From the NCBI GenBank assembly GCA_028353405.1, contig JAOMOG010000002.1, positions 1,514-65,513 of the forward strand: a stretch of 64,000 nt of DNA, read 5' to 3'. A program made the position numbers and the translations under genes. Positions 18,962 through 26,692 of this stretch are shown one piece after another (the stretch's first letter is position 1; every line of letters starts with the position of its first letter). Below the pieces are notes generated by a model. The model did not search any database and was not told where the DNA came from. It saw nothing but the letters and a program-made list of their open reading frames with translations. The stretch is from Candidatus Poseidoniaceae archaeon (GTDB taxonomy: Archaea; Thermoplasmatota; Poseidoniia; Poseidoniales; Poseidoniaceae).

Positions 18962-20332
18962 ATGTTGGGAGATGATGTGCCTTGGCTAGTACCTCTATTT
19001 GCCATATCTCTCATCACTTGGCAGATGACTCCGATAATTGAAAAAATGGCTATTGAAAAAGGGAAATGGTTGAAATCATTGCATAATTTATTGCCGGTTA
19101 TTTTCCTTACATTGATAATTTTAGATCGCTTAATCGCAGTACTAACAAACGACCTTGGTCATTCAGACATTGCCAAATATAACGCAGGCGTAAATGCAAT
19201 GAACGGTGGTGCATGGATGACATTTTTGAGGGGTGATGGCCTCTCAGAATTATCCTTGATGGTATTGTTAATTTTTTCATTATCTATTGAGAAGTTACCA
19301 AGTATTTCACAAAGCCCACAATTCATTAGAACCTTGACCAGGTATAGAGTGATGAGTTTTGTTTCATTGGTTGCTTTATTTTCATTTACAGTCTTCTTTC
19401 CCGACAGTTCATATCTAAATGCACAATCGATAACTAACCAATCTACGTGGCCTACAGATAGCATAGATCCCCTTTGGTATGCATTATTGACAATAGCAAT
19501 TCTCATTATTGCAGCTGAATTATTTGCTACGAGCACAATAGCAGCAGTTGACTCGGGGCTGACTAATTTGGCTAAAAAAGCGAAATACAAACTGGTTGTT
19601 ATTTTTCCAATTGCAGTGATTCTTTTCATGAAAATAGATGCGATCAAGAATATGGAGGCTAACTTTTGGTTAGATCTTGAACATTATAATCATCTTATTT
19701 TCATTTCAATATTTTTACACATGGCAATTAGTTTTGCAACAATAATAGAACCTGCTAAACAATTGGATTCTAAATTAGGCGCCGGCGATGGTAGGACTAA
19801 ATCTTTGATGATTACTTCACTATTAGCATTCATGTTTTTGATAATAATGTCGTTAATGTTTTCCCAATCTCTAGATATTTTTCCAGGTAATGGTGAATCT
19901 TTAATGGCGATTTGGCTGGTATTTGCGGTAATCGCCACCTGTGTTGCATCGATGTTTTTACCGACTATGGGATTTGATGCAACCCCAAGACCTGAACTTT
20001 GGTGGGTAAGATTAACACTGAGTTTGTCGCCACTATTTGTTGCTGCATTTTCTCCATATGTACTAATTTTGTTACCAGCTATTTGGTTTTCCTTGGCAGT
20101 GACATTAGTTGTTCCGTGGCTTGTAGAGGAAGATGTAAAGAGTTCAAATTCAAAACAATTGTATGTTTCTATCGCCTTTGTAATAATTGTCGCCTTGACT
20201 ATTGTGCCAAGGATTCTTCAGCAACCAGGAAATCACTTTTTTGTAATATGGTTATGCATGCCGATAATTCCTCTTTTGTTGAGTTCTATTTTATTGCATC
20301 AAATGCGTAAACAACAACCACTTAGTGCATAA
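18962..20332 (+). CDS. Hypothetical polytopic membrane protein (about 13-14 TM)
   Basis: Long ORF made of consecutive hydrophobic helices; no family motif recognised. Confidence 0.75.
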   Translation: MLGDDVPWLVPLFAISLITWQMTPIIEKMAIEKGKWLKSLHNLLPVIFLTLIILDRLIAVLTNDLGHSDIAKYNAGVNAMNGGAWMTFLRGDGLSELSLMVLLIFSLSIEKLPSISQSPQFIRTLTRYRVMSFVSLVALFSFTVFFPDSSYLNAQSITNQSTWPTDSIDPLWYALLTIAILIIAAELFATSTIAAVDSGLTNLAKKAKYKLVVIFPIAVILFMKIDAIKNMEANFWLDLEHYNHLIFISIFLHMAISFATIIEPAKQLDSKLGAGDGRTKSLMITSLLAFMFLIIMSLMFSQSLDIFPGNGESLMAIWLVFAVIATCVASMFLPTMGFDATPRPELWWVRLTLSLSPLFVAAFSPYVLILLPAIWFSLAVTLVVPWLVEEDVKSSNSKQLYVSIAFVIIVALTIVPRILQQPGNHFFVIWLCMPIIPLLLSSILLHQMRKQQPLSA

Positions 20333-20416
20333 TCACGTGCTTGAATTAGTTAATGAGGGTGCTGTAATCACCATTCGCGGCTGCTATGTCGTCGCGCTTC
20401 TTATTAGTGTAACAGA

Positions 20417-20821
20417 TTGGCTCAGAGATTGGAGTTAACCAACTCCAAGGGATGGGACCCTAAGATGACAAGAGCATTTAGAGAAGGCATAGATAGAAGT
20501 CGGCGTATACAACAGCCAGCAAGGCGAAGAACTTGGAAACCGTTTAGAGACTTACAAGGTCTTTCGGCTAGGACCACAACAATTGGTAAGGCAATGGGTC
20601 CGCTTTCAGATGTTCCAGCAATGGTGACCATTGAAAACGAACAGTGGGTATTCCAAAGAATCGAACAAGGAGTTCTTTACAACCTTACTCACCGATTGAT
20701 AATTCACGAAGAAGGAGAGGCGAAAACGATTGGCGCAACTTCGGGTATGAAAACTGCAATGCAAGTCGCTCAAGCAATGGCTTCTAAAGAAGGAAAGATC
20801 GTTCTAATCAAACCCTTGTAA
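20417..20821 (+). CDS. Hypothetical basic protein
   Basis: 134-aa ORF filling the gap, protein-like composition, TTG start. Confidence 0.6.
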   Translation: MAQRLELTNSKGWDPKMTRAFREGIDRSRRIQQPARRRTWKPFRDLQGLSARTTTIGKAMGPLSDVPAMVTIENEQWVFQRIEQGVLYNLTHRLIIHEEGEAKTIGATSGMKTAMQVAQAMASKEGKIVLIKPL

Positions 20822-20852
20822 AATTATCAATTGCTAAAAGCAATGATTTTTT

Positions 20853-21050
20853 TCAAACGAAGATATTCCAAATTGCTTGTGCAACGCCTTGATTTACAAG
20901 GTAGAAGAATACAGAGATTGAGATACAAGCAAAGTATACTTGGCCCTTGGTAATTTTCCAAGCATGTTCTGATTCTTCATCGAAATAACGAATTAAACCA
21001 GCAGCCTGTTGGATACCACTACCATCGGACTTCTTCTTCTTTGCAGCCAT
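20853..21050 (-). CDS. secG: Preprotein translocase subunit Sec61beta/SecG
   Basis: Basic N-terminus, AGLIRYFDEE motif, KI followed by a single C-terminal TM. Confidence 0.88.
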   Translation of the reverse strand: MAAKKKKSDGSGIQQAAGLIRYFDEESEHAWKITKGQVYFACISISVFFYLVNQGVAQAIWNIFV

Positions 21051-21120
21051 TGTAATCAATGTGGGCGAGTGGCCACCCCCTTATCAACACGACCCGCAAG
21101 TTAATTGAATGAAAAAGTAA

Positions 21121-22071
21121 TTATTCTTCTTCAGATAGTTGTGATAAATCACTAATAATGGCGTCTTCAGCAGTTAATTCAACATCTTCGTTAGTATTTT
21201 TGGATAAGTCTACAATGTCCACATTTTCATCAATAACCGCATCTCCGAATTGCAAAATTTGCCCATCCACCGGGTGTCCATCTTGCATCTCATCACTTGT
21301 TTCAAGTTGTGTTGCTGGGTCTGCACTGATCAAAGAGGCCTCAACTCTAGCCAGCGCACGGCCGACCGCAGGGGAGTTGTCATCTGCATGGGCGGCTCTA
21401 GATACATCCAAATCATGCAACGCGCTTTGAAGTGAAGCATTGGCATTTTGTTGATTCCAATTTTTGACATCCTTATTCAACGCCATTCGCTTTTCAACCA
21501 TACTTGCACGTTCAGCCATAATCGAAATTTTCTCCTCTATATCAGAAGACGCAACTTGTATTAAATGTCGCCAAGATTTTTCATTTTCCTCAAGTGAAAT
21601 AGATTCTTTTTTCATCACTCTTCTAGCACTGCCCCGATGTGAAAACTCCCAAGGATTATGTGATAAAGTAGCTACTAGATCAAAGAAAACCTTTGCACGC
21701 TCTTGTAGAGGTCCAGTAATTTCAATCCTGTTTAGATATCCAGAATTGAATAGCCCGAAGCCCCAATATGAAATAGATTCAACTGAAATAGATAAGGAAC
21801 TACTTTTGCATGTAAAGCGCCAAATTTGTTCGTTAAAAGAGGGTGGTTGAATAAAAAATGGAGTGTCTGGCTGAGATAATTGTGAAAGTAGGCGAATCGC
21901 AACATCTCCAAGATATACAGGCTTGCCCATGTGGAAATGTTTACTCCGTAATAGATTACTTTCAGGTTCTATTTTGTGGTCGGAGGTGGCCTTTTTAACC
22001 TGGGAGAAGAGTACACTCGAATCAGCACCAAGAGCCTCTCTCATATGTTCCATGTGTTGGCTTATAGGCAA
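21121..22071 (-). CDS. Hypothetical protein
   Basis: 316-aa ORF, helical middle and acidic tail; no motif recognised. Confidence 0.7.
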   Translation of the reverse strand: MPISQHMEHMREALGADSSVLFSQVKKATSDHKIEPESNLLRSKHFHMGKPVYLGDVAIRLLSQLSQPDTPFFIQPPSFNEQIWRFTCKSSSLSISVESISYWGFGLFNSGYLNRIEITGPLQERAKVFFDLVATLSHNPWEFSHRGSARRVMKKESISLEENEKSWRHLIQVASSDIEEKISIMAERASMVEKRMALNKDVKNWNQQNANASLQSALHDLDVSRAAHADDNSPAVGRALARVEASLISADPATQLETSDEMQDGHPVDGQILQFGDAVIDENVDIVDLSKNTNEDVELTAEDAIISDLSQLSEEE

Positions 22072-22150
22072 TCAATTCAACGGTTGTGAATTTGAATTGA
22101 ATCAAAGTATTGAAGTGTGAGCGCTGTTTTCCATTAACATAGGTGAGGCT

Positions 22151-22729
22151 ATGGCTGCTAAAGGAACTGATTCAAAATCTGGTAAATTATCTGCACTTCC
22201 TAATGTAAGTGCTGCATCCGCAAAAAAATTAGTAGCTGCAAAGATTGATAGCGTTGCCAAATTAGCTAAATCTTCTACTAAATCTTTGCAAAAAGCTGGT
22301 TTGAGTGAAGCAGTTGCGGGTAAAGCCATCGCTGCTGCAAAAGCCGCAAATAAGGTGAAATCAGTAGCAAAGAAAACCACTACTAAGGCTAAGGCGGCTG
22401 CTAAGAAAGCCCCTGCTAAGGCTAAGAAAGCCGCAACAGCAGCAAAATCGTCAGCAAAGAAAACCACTACTAAGGCTAAGGCGGCTGCTAAGAAAGCCCC
22501 TGCTAAGGCTAAGAAAGCCGCAACAGCAGCAAAATCTTCAGCAAAGAAAACCACTACTAAGGCTAAGAAAGCAGCTAAAGCAACACCTAAGAAAATCAGT
22601 AAGGTTGCCAAAGCCACTGCTAGCAAAGTGAAGAAAGTCGCTGAAGGAACTGGAAGAAAAGGTGGAGTTATCAAAGTTCCAAAGAGCGTGAACCAGTTCG
22701 ATTGGATGAAGCGTTTGAAGAAACGTTGA
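22151..22729 (+). CDS. Helix-hairpin-helix domain + histone-H1-like Lys/Ala-rich protein
   Basis: LSALPNVSAASAKKLVAAKIDSVAKLA..GLSEAVAGKAIAAA resembles a tandem HhH; followed by AKKTTTKAKAAAKKAPAK repeats; AGGTGAGG RBS. Confidence 0.8.
   Translation: MAAKGTDSKSGKLSALPNVSAASAKKLVAAKIDSVAKLAKSSTKSLQKAGLSEAVAGKAIAAAKAANKVKSVAKKTTTKAKAAAKKAPAKAKKAATAAKSSAKKTTTKAKAAAKKAPAKAKKAATAAKSSAKKTTTKAKKAAKATPKKISKVAKATASKVKKVAEGTGRKGGVIKVPKSVNQFDWMKRLKKR
22367..22567 (+). repeat. Intragenic tandem repeat, 87-bp unit, about 2.3 copies
   Basis: Units start at 22367, 22454 and 22541; the first two differ at one base (TCG vs TCT); encodes AKKTTTKAKAAAKKAPAKAKKAATAAKSS. Confidence 0.95.
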
Positions 22730-22783
22730 TTTCACTTCCAATCAATAGCAATAAACAAAAGCCGTTTAGCTTAGTTGTCTATC

Positions 22784-22966
22784 ATGCCGAGGCGTAAGTA
22801 CGGAAAACTTCGCAAGGCGGTAGAATTGCCAGCAAAAGAAAACTGCTCACGTTGCCGATCTGGAAAGTATTGCCCAGTAGTAGGACACGCCGGCCAAGAA
22901 ATACGACCGCATAGAGAATGGCTTGGTCCTAAATCAATTTCTAAGCGCAAACAAAAGCGTAATTGA
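22784..22966 (+). CDS. Small basic protein with putative C3H zinc finger
   Basis: MPRRKYGKLRK..CSRC-x5-CPVVGH..KRKQKRN; fills the gap and ends 2 nt before the xerA stop. Confidence 0.6.
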   Translation: MPRRKYGKLRKAVELPAKENCSRCRSGKYCPVVGHAGQEIRPHREWLGPKSISKRKQKRN

Positions 22967-22967
22967 A

Positions 22968-24152
22968 TCAAATTCCCAGTGAACTGGTAGAAGGCGTTGT
23001 TTCAATTAATTCCTCAACATCATGTTGCTGTTGTGCAGCTTCAGCTTCAATTGTTTTACGAGTTGCTTGAGCGCGATGGTATACTTCGCGCAGTGTTTGG
23101 TCTGAAATCTCCAAGTAATTCCTAGTAGTTGCTATGCTGGAATGGCCCAGTAATCGTTGAATAGAAACCAAATCAGCCCCTCTTTCAAGTAAACCGGTAG
23201 CAAAGTTATGCCTCAATACATGGGGTGTTAGTTTTCCCTTAGGGATAGATGCTTCAACAGCCAAGTTATCCATCAGTCTTTGAACACCACGAGGTTGTAA
23301 TCTTCTGCAACGGGTATTGAGTAAGAATGCTAATTCATCTTTAGCGGCTCTTTCATTTCTTACTGGTAACCATGCTTTGATTCGTTCCAATGTTCTATCT
23401 GTGAATAATACTAATCGGTCTTTATCGCCCTTTCCTTCTCTCACTCTAGCAGAGCCATCGGCAAAATCGATATCACCAATATCCAGATTACATATCTCAC
23501 TCACTCTCATGCCTGTGTCTAATAGCATAACAACAACAATTGAAGCAACAGCATTTTCACTCAACCTTGAGGCTTCCAATACCATTGATAATTCGCTACG
23601 AGATAATACTCTAGGCAACCTCTTACCAGTCTTTACTCTCCCAATATGGTCTGGCCAAATTTGACCGAGCCACTTCAATAAATGCTTTGCAGCGGCGAGT
23701 TTGGCATTGAAAGTTGTAGGCCTCAAATCAGCTTGAGAATGAGACCACCGGTCTATTCTGCCATTCAATGGTTCCATTCGTGAAGCCAATTCAAGAATTG
23801 TCATAAAATCATAATCATGTTGTGATAATACCTGTTCTCCAGGCAATGTAGTTTCGATTAAACTTCTAAGATGACACATATAATTGCGTCGAGTATTTTC
23901 GGACTTATTTTCGGTACGCAATTGCTGTTGATAACAACTGATCCAATCTAGGTCTTGTAAGTGAATTAATCGGGTTGGAAGGCTAAGAGATTCAGCATCC
24001 AGCCTTAGTTGGCTTGGTCGTATTGCTTTGCGTGACCGCATCTCTCTTCCTCCTCGTTTTTTTGGCGAAATTCGCCTACCGCCGAAGCGGCCGTACATCC
24101 CATTTGCTCCTAAGAGCATGAAAGAGGACAGTGGCCTATCATAAGAAGCCAC
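22968..24152 (-). CDS. xerA: XerA/XerC-D family tyrosine recombinase
   Basis: LPRVLS, TGMRVSE (R), GKGDKDR (K), TPHVLRHNFAT (HxxR), LLGHSSIATTRNY (H, Y). Start uncertain: GTG 24152 or ATG near 24041. Confidence 0.9.
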   Translation of the reverse strand: MASYDRPLSSFMLLGANGMYGRFGGRRISPKKRGGREMRSRKAIRPSQLRLDAESLSLPTRLIHLQDLDWISCYQQQLRTENKSENTRRNYMCHLRSLIETTLPGEQVLSQHDYDFMTILELASRMEPLNGRIDRWSHSQADLRPTTFNAKLAAAKHLLKWLGQIWPDHIGRVKTGKRLPRVLSRSELSMVLEASRLSENAVASIVVVMLLDTGMRVSEICNLDIGDIDFADGSARVREGKGDKDRLVLFTDRTLERIKAWLPVRNERAAKDELAFLLNTRCRRLQPRGVQRLMDNLAVEASIPKGKLTPHVLRHNFATGLLERGADLVSIQRLLGHSSIATTRNYLEISDQTLREVYHRAQATRKTIEAEAAQQQHDVEELIETTPSTSSLGI

Positions 24153-24271
24153 CGCGCGCTAACAGCAAATATGACTATACAGTTTGACGGATAATATTGG
24201 CAACGCTGTATTAACTAATCGCAAATTAATCGCAAATAATGCTTATTACTTGTTATTGTTTTCAATTCAAC

Positions 24272-25459
24272 TTAGGATTCTTGCTCAACTTCAGTATCAA
24301 GATTGTTCGGAATTTCTCCTATTGCTTGCCTAAGGGAAGAGCGAAGTTCTGTAAGTTCTCCATAGCAAATTAGAACATCGGCGTATCTTAATTGTAATTC
24401 CGAGTCCGGATTCCACAACAATGAATTATCTCTTGACAATGCGAAAACAGGAACTTCCACACTACTTTTGAAAAGATCACACAATCTTTCTCCAACGAGA
24501 TTCGGATGATTTCTAATTTGCAAAGACATCATTCCTTGGCCAGGGACAGTTCGCATCAATTGGTCTAAATCAACTTTAGAGAATGAAGCTTCAGAAGTAA
24601 CGAAGTCAATAATGTCGCCAGCGACATTCACTCCACTAGCCTTTTCAATTCCTTCTAGGCCAGGTGATGAATTTACTTCTAGAACCAATGGGCCTTGGTC
24701 GGATTCAAGCAGATCCACTCCAGCGATATGTAACCCTAATACGCGGGCTGCACGACAAGCAACCTCTGCAATGTCGTCAGGTAGGTCAACCTTTTCGACA
24801 GTACCATTGAGGTGGTAATTGCTTCTAAATTCTCTACCTCTTGCTCTTCTACGCATACTAGCAACTACCTTGTCACCAACGACTAGAGCCCGAATATCTT
24901 TGCCATGTGATTCTGCAATATATTCTTGAATTAAAATTGAACGTCCTGTCATTAACAATCCCTGAACTAGATTCTTTGCTTCGTGCAGAGTATGTCGCAA
25001 GAAAACTCCTTGCCCCTGTGTTCCAGAAGTAACCTTGATGACGACTGGTAGGCCTCCGACTGAATCAATAGCGGCTTCAATATCTAATGTGTCTCGAACA
25101 TAGGTCGTTCTTGGAACTGGAATATTATTTCTTGCAAGAATTTGGCTGGCGTGTAATTTGTCACGACTTTGCAATATCCCTTGGCCAGTATTTGCAGTCC
25201 ATACATCCAATTGCTCCAAATGTCGTAAAACTGCAACACCATGTTTTGTGATGGAATGTCCAATTCGAGGAATTATTGCATCAAATGCGAATGATTCACC
25301 CTTGTATGTGACATTGGTATCACCATTTGCAACGAAAAGGGAGAATTTCATTGGATCTACAACTTCGACCTCAATCCCTCGTTTTTTACACTCTTCAACC
25401 AATCTTCTGGTACTATACAAACGGGGTCCACGTGATAGCACAGCAACACGAATTCCCAT
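24272..25459 (-). CDS. rimK: RimK family alpha-L-glutamate ligase with C-terminal RCK_C (TrkA-C) domain
   Basis: LYSTRRL, DAIIPRIG, SRDKL, GTQGQGV, QEYI, DIRALVVG, EFRSN, GVDLLES, LEVNSSPGLEGIE; extra C-terminal LVGERLCDL..VFALSR..PDSELQLRYADVLICYG. Confidence 0.9.
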   Translation of the reverse strand: MGIRVAVLSRGPRLYSTRRLVEECKKRGIEVEVVDPMKFSLFVANGDTNVTYKGESFAFDAIIPRIGHSITKHGVAVLRHLEQLDVWTANTGQGILQSRDKLHASQILARNNIPVPRTTYVRDTLDIEAAIDSVGGLPVVIKVTSGTQGQGVFLRHTLHEAKNLVQGLLMTGRSILIQEYIAESHGKDIRALVVGDKVVASMRRRARGREFRSNYHLNGTVEKVDLPDDIAEVACRAARVLGLHIAGVDLLESDQGPLVLEVNSSPGLEGIEKASGVNVAGDIIDFVTSEASFSKVDLDQLMRTVPGQGMMSLQIRNHPNLVGERLCDLFKSSVEVPVFALSRDNSLLWNPDSELQLRYADVLICYGELTELRSSLRQAIGEIPNNLDTEVEQES

Positions 25460-25553
25460 GTTACACGCAAATAGGCCTCATTATTGAGGTCATCGCCTTT
25501 CACGGTGTTGACTTTCCGTTTCTTTCAAGTGCTTGGATAATGTGGCAACGGAT

Positions 25554-26561
25554 ATGACCGACGATGAGCAGGTAGAACTTGCCAACGATATTACTGTCGA
25601 TGAAGACATGGATGAGAAACTAGAAGACATGTCATTAGCTGGACGTAAGGCGGCATTAAAACAGGCTCGCTGGAATGTTTTCATGTATCTGGGGATCGCA
25701 GCAATTTTGTTTGGTTTTGCATTATTTCCAATGCCATTTGCAGCGAATTATGATGATTTTACCAATTCAGCGGAGAAAGATGTTGGATACATTTGGGGAT
25801 TGCCAATTCCAGGTGATGATTTTACAGATGTACCAGTTACGATATCAGTCGATGTAATCAATCCTCCAGCACAGTCTGGAGTTTTACTTGGTGCCTATCT
25901 AATACAAGCGGATGATTGTCAAAGTAATCTTGGAGAATTTACTCCGTTGGCAAGGAATGGAAGCGGCCATACCCACCATTATCAGGTGACAAAAGATACT
26001 CCAAGTGCTGGTGTAACATACGATTTTGAATTTGATGTTGACCCTGCTGCTTATTGCATGATAGTTCAATATGTAGATTCTAATGGAGATAATTTAGGTG
26101 ATGTGAATTCCGATATGAAGGTTAACGGAAAGATGTGGCCAAACCAAATATTCGCAGGAGTGCTTGGGTTATGTTGTTTATTCATCTCAATCTTTGCCTT
26201 TACCGGTGCTCAGAAGCATGGTGAAACAGTGCGCTCTATGTTAGAAGGCACCAATGAAACGACCGAATCCAAAGTATTATCTGAAATTTCCAAGGACAAA
26301 ATCGCAGCAGGACCTGCCGGTGCACCACCTTCAGGACCAACAGGCGGCCCTACAAGTGGGCCAACATCTGGCCCGCCAGCCGCTCCACCAGCAGAAGTGG
26401 AACAAAGTGAACCAGTTGCCGAAGAAGTAACTGAAGAAGTTGGTGAAAGGTTCGAAGAAACAGATAATGGTTATTATTTCAAAATATATGCTGATGGCAC
26501 CTATGCCCAATCGGTTTATGTTAAATCGGAAGATGGTTCATTCAGTGCTTACGAAGAATGA
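25554..26561 (+). CDS. Hypothetical two-TM membrane protein with Pro/Gly linker and aromatic C-terminal module
   Basis: Two hydrophobic helices flank an acidic extracellular domain; GPTSG-type repeats; ends GYYFKIYADGTY..FSAYEE. Confidence 0.75.
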   Translation: MTDDEQVELANDITVDEDMDEKLEDMSLAGRKAALKQARWNVFMYLGIAAILFGFALFPMPFAANYDDFTNSAEKDVGYIWGLPIPGDDFTDVPVTISVDVINPPAQSGVLLGAYLIQADDCQSNLGEFTPLARNGSGHTHHYQVTKDTPSAGVTYDFEFDVDPAAYCMIVQYVDSNGDNLGDVNSDMKVNGKMWPNQIFAGVLGLCCLFISIFAFTGAQKHGETVRSMLEGTNETTESKVLSEISKDKIAAGPAGAPPSGPTGGPTSGPTSGPPAAPPAEVEQSEPVAEEVTEEVGERFEETDNGYYFKIYADGTYAQSVYVKSEDGSFSAYEE

Positions 26562-26692
26562 GAAGACCTTCATTACCGATTTCAATTAGTAACCTTGCCT
26601 TTTTGATAACCCTTCGTGAATGGCCATTTAATTGACCCAACAAGGGCAGGTCTTGAAAGGGATTAATGCGCGCCATTGGTTTGGAGTTCACT

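Noticed and set aside
22102-22674. 190-aa hydrophobic minus-strand ORF looking like a membrane protein
   Set aside because: Antisense mirror of the Lys/Ala repeat gene, which has the RBS.
22968-24152. Tyrosine recombinase as a prophage or island integrase
   Set aside because: XerC/D-like motifs, housekeeping neighbours, no att duplication of either tRNA 3' end seen, no viral genes.
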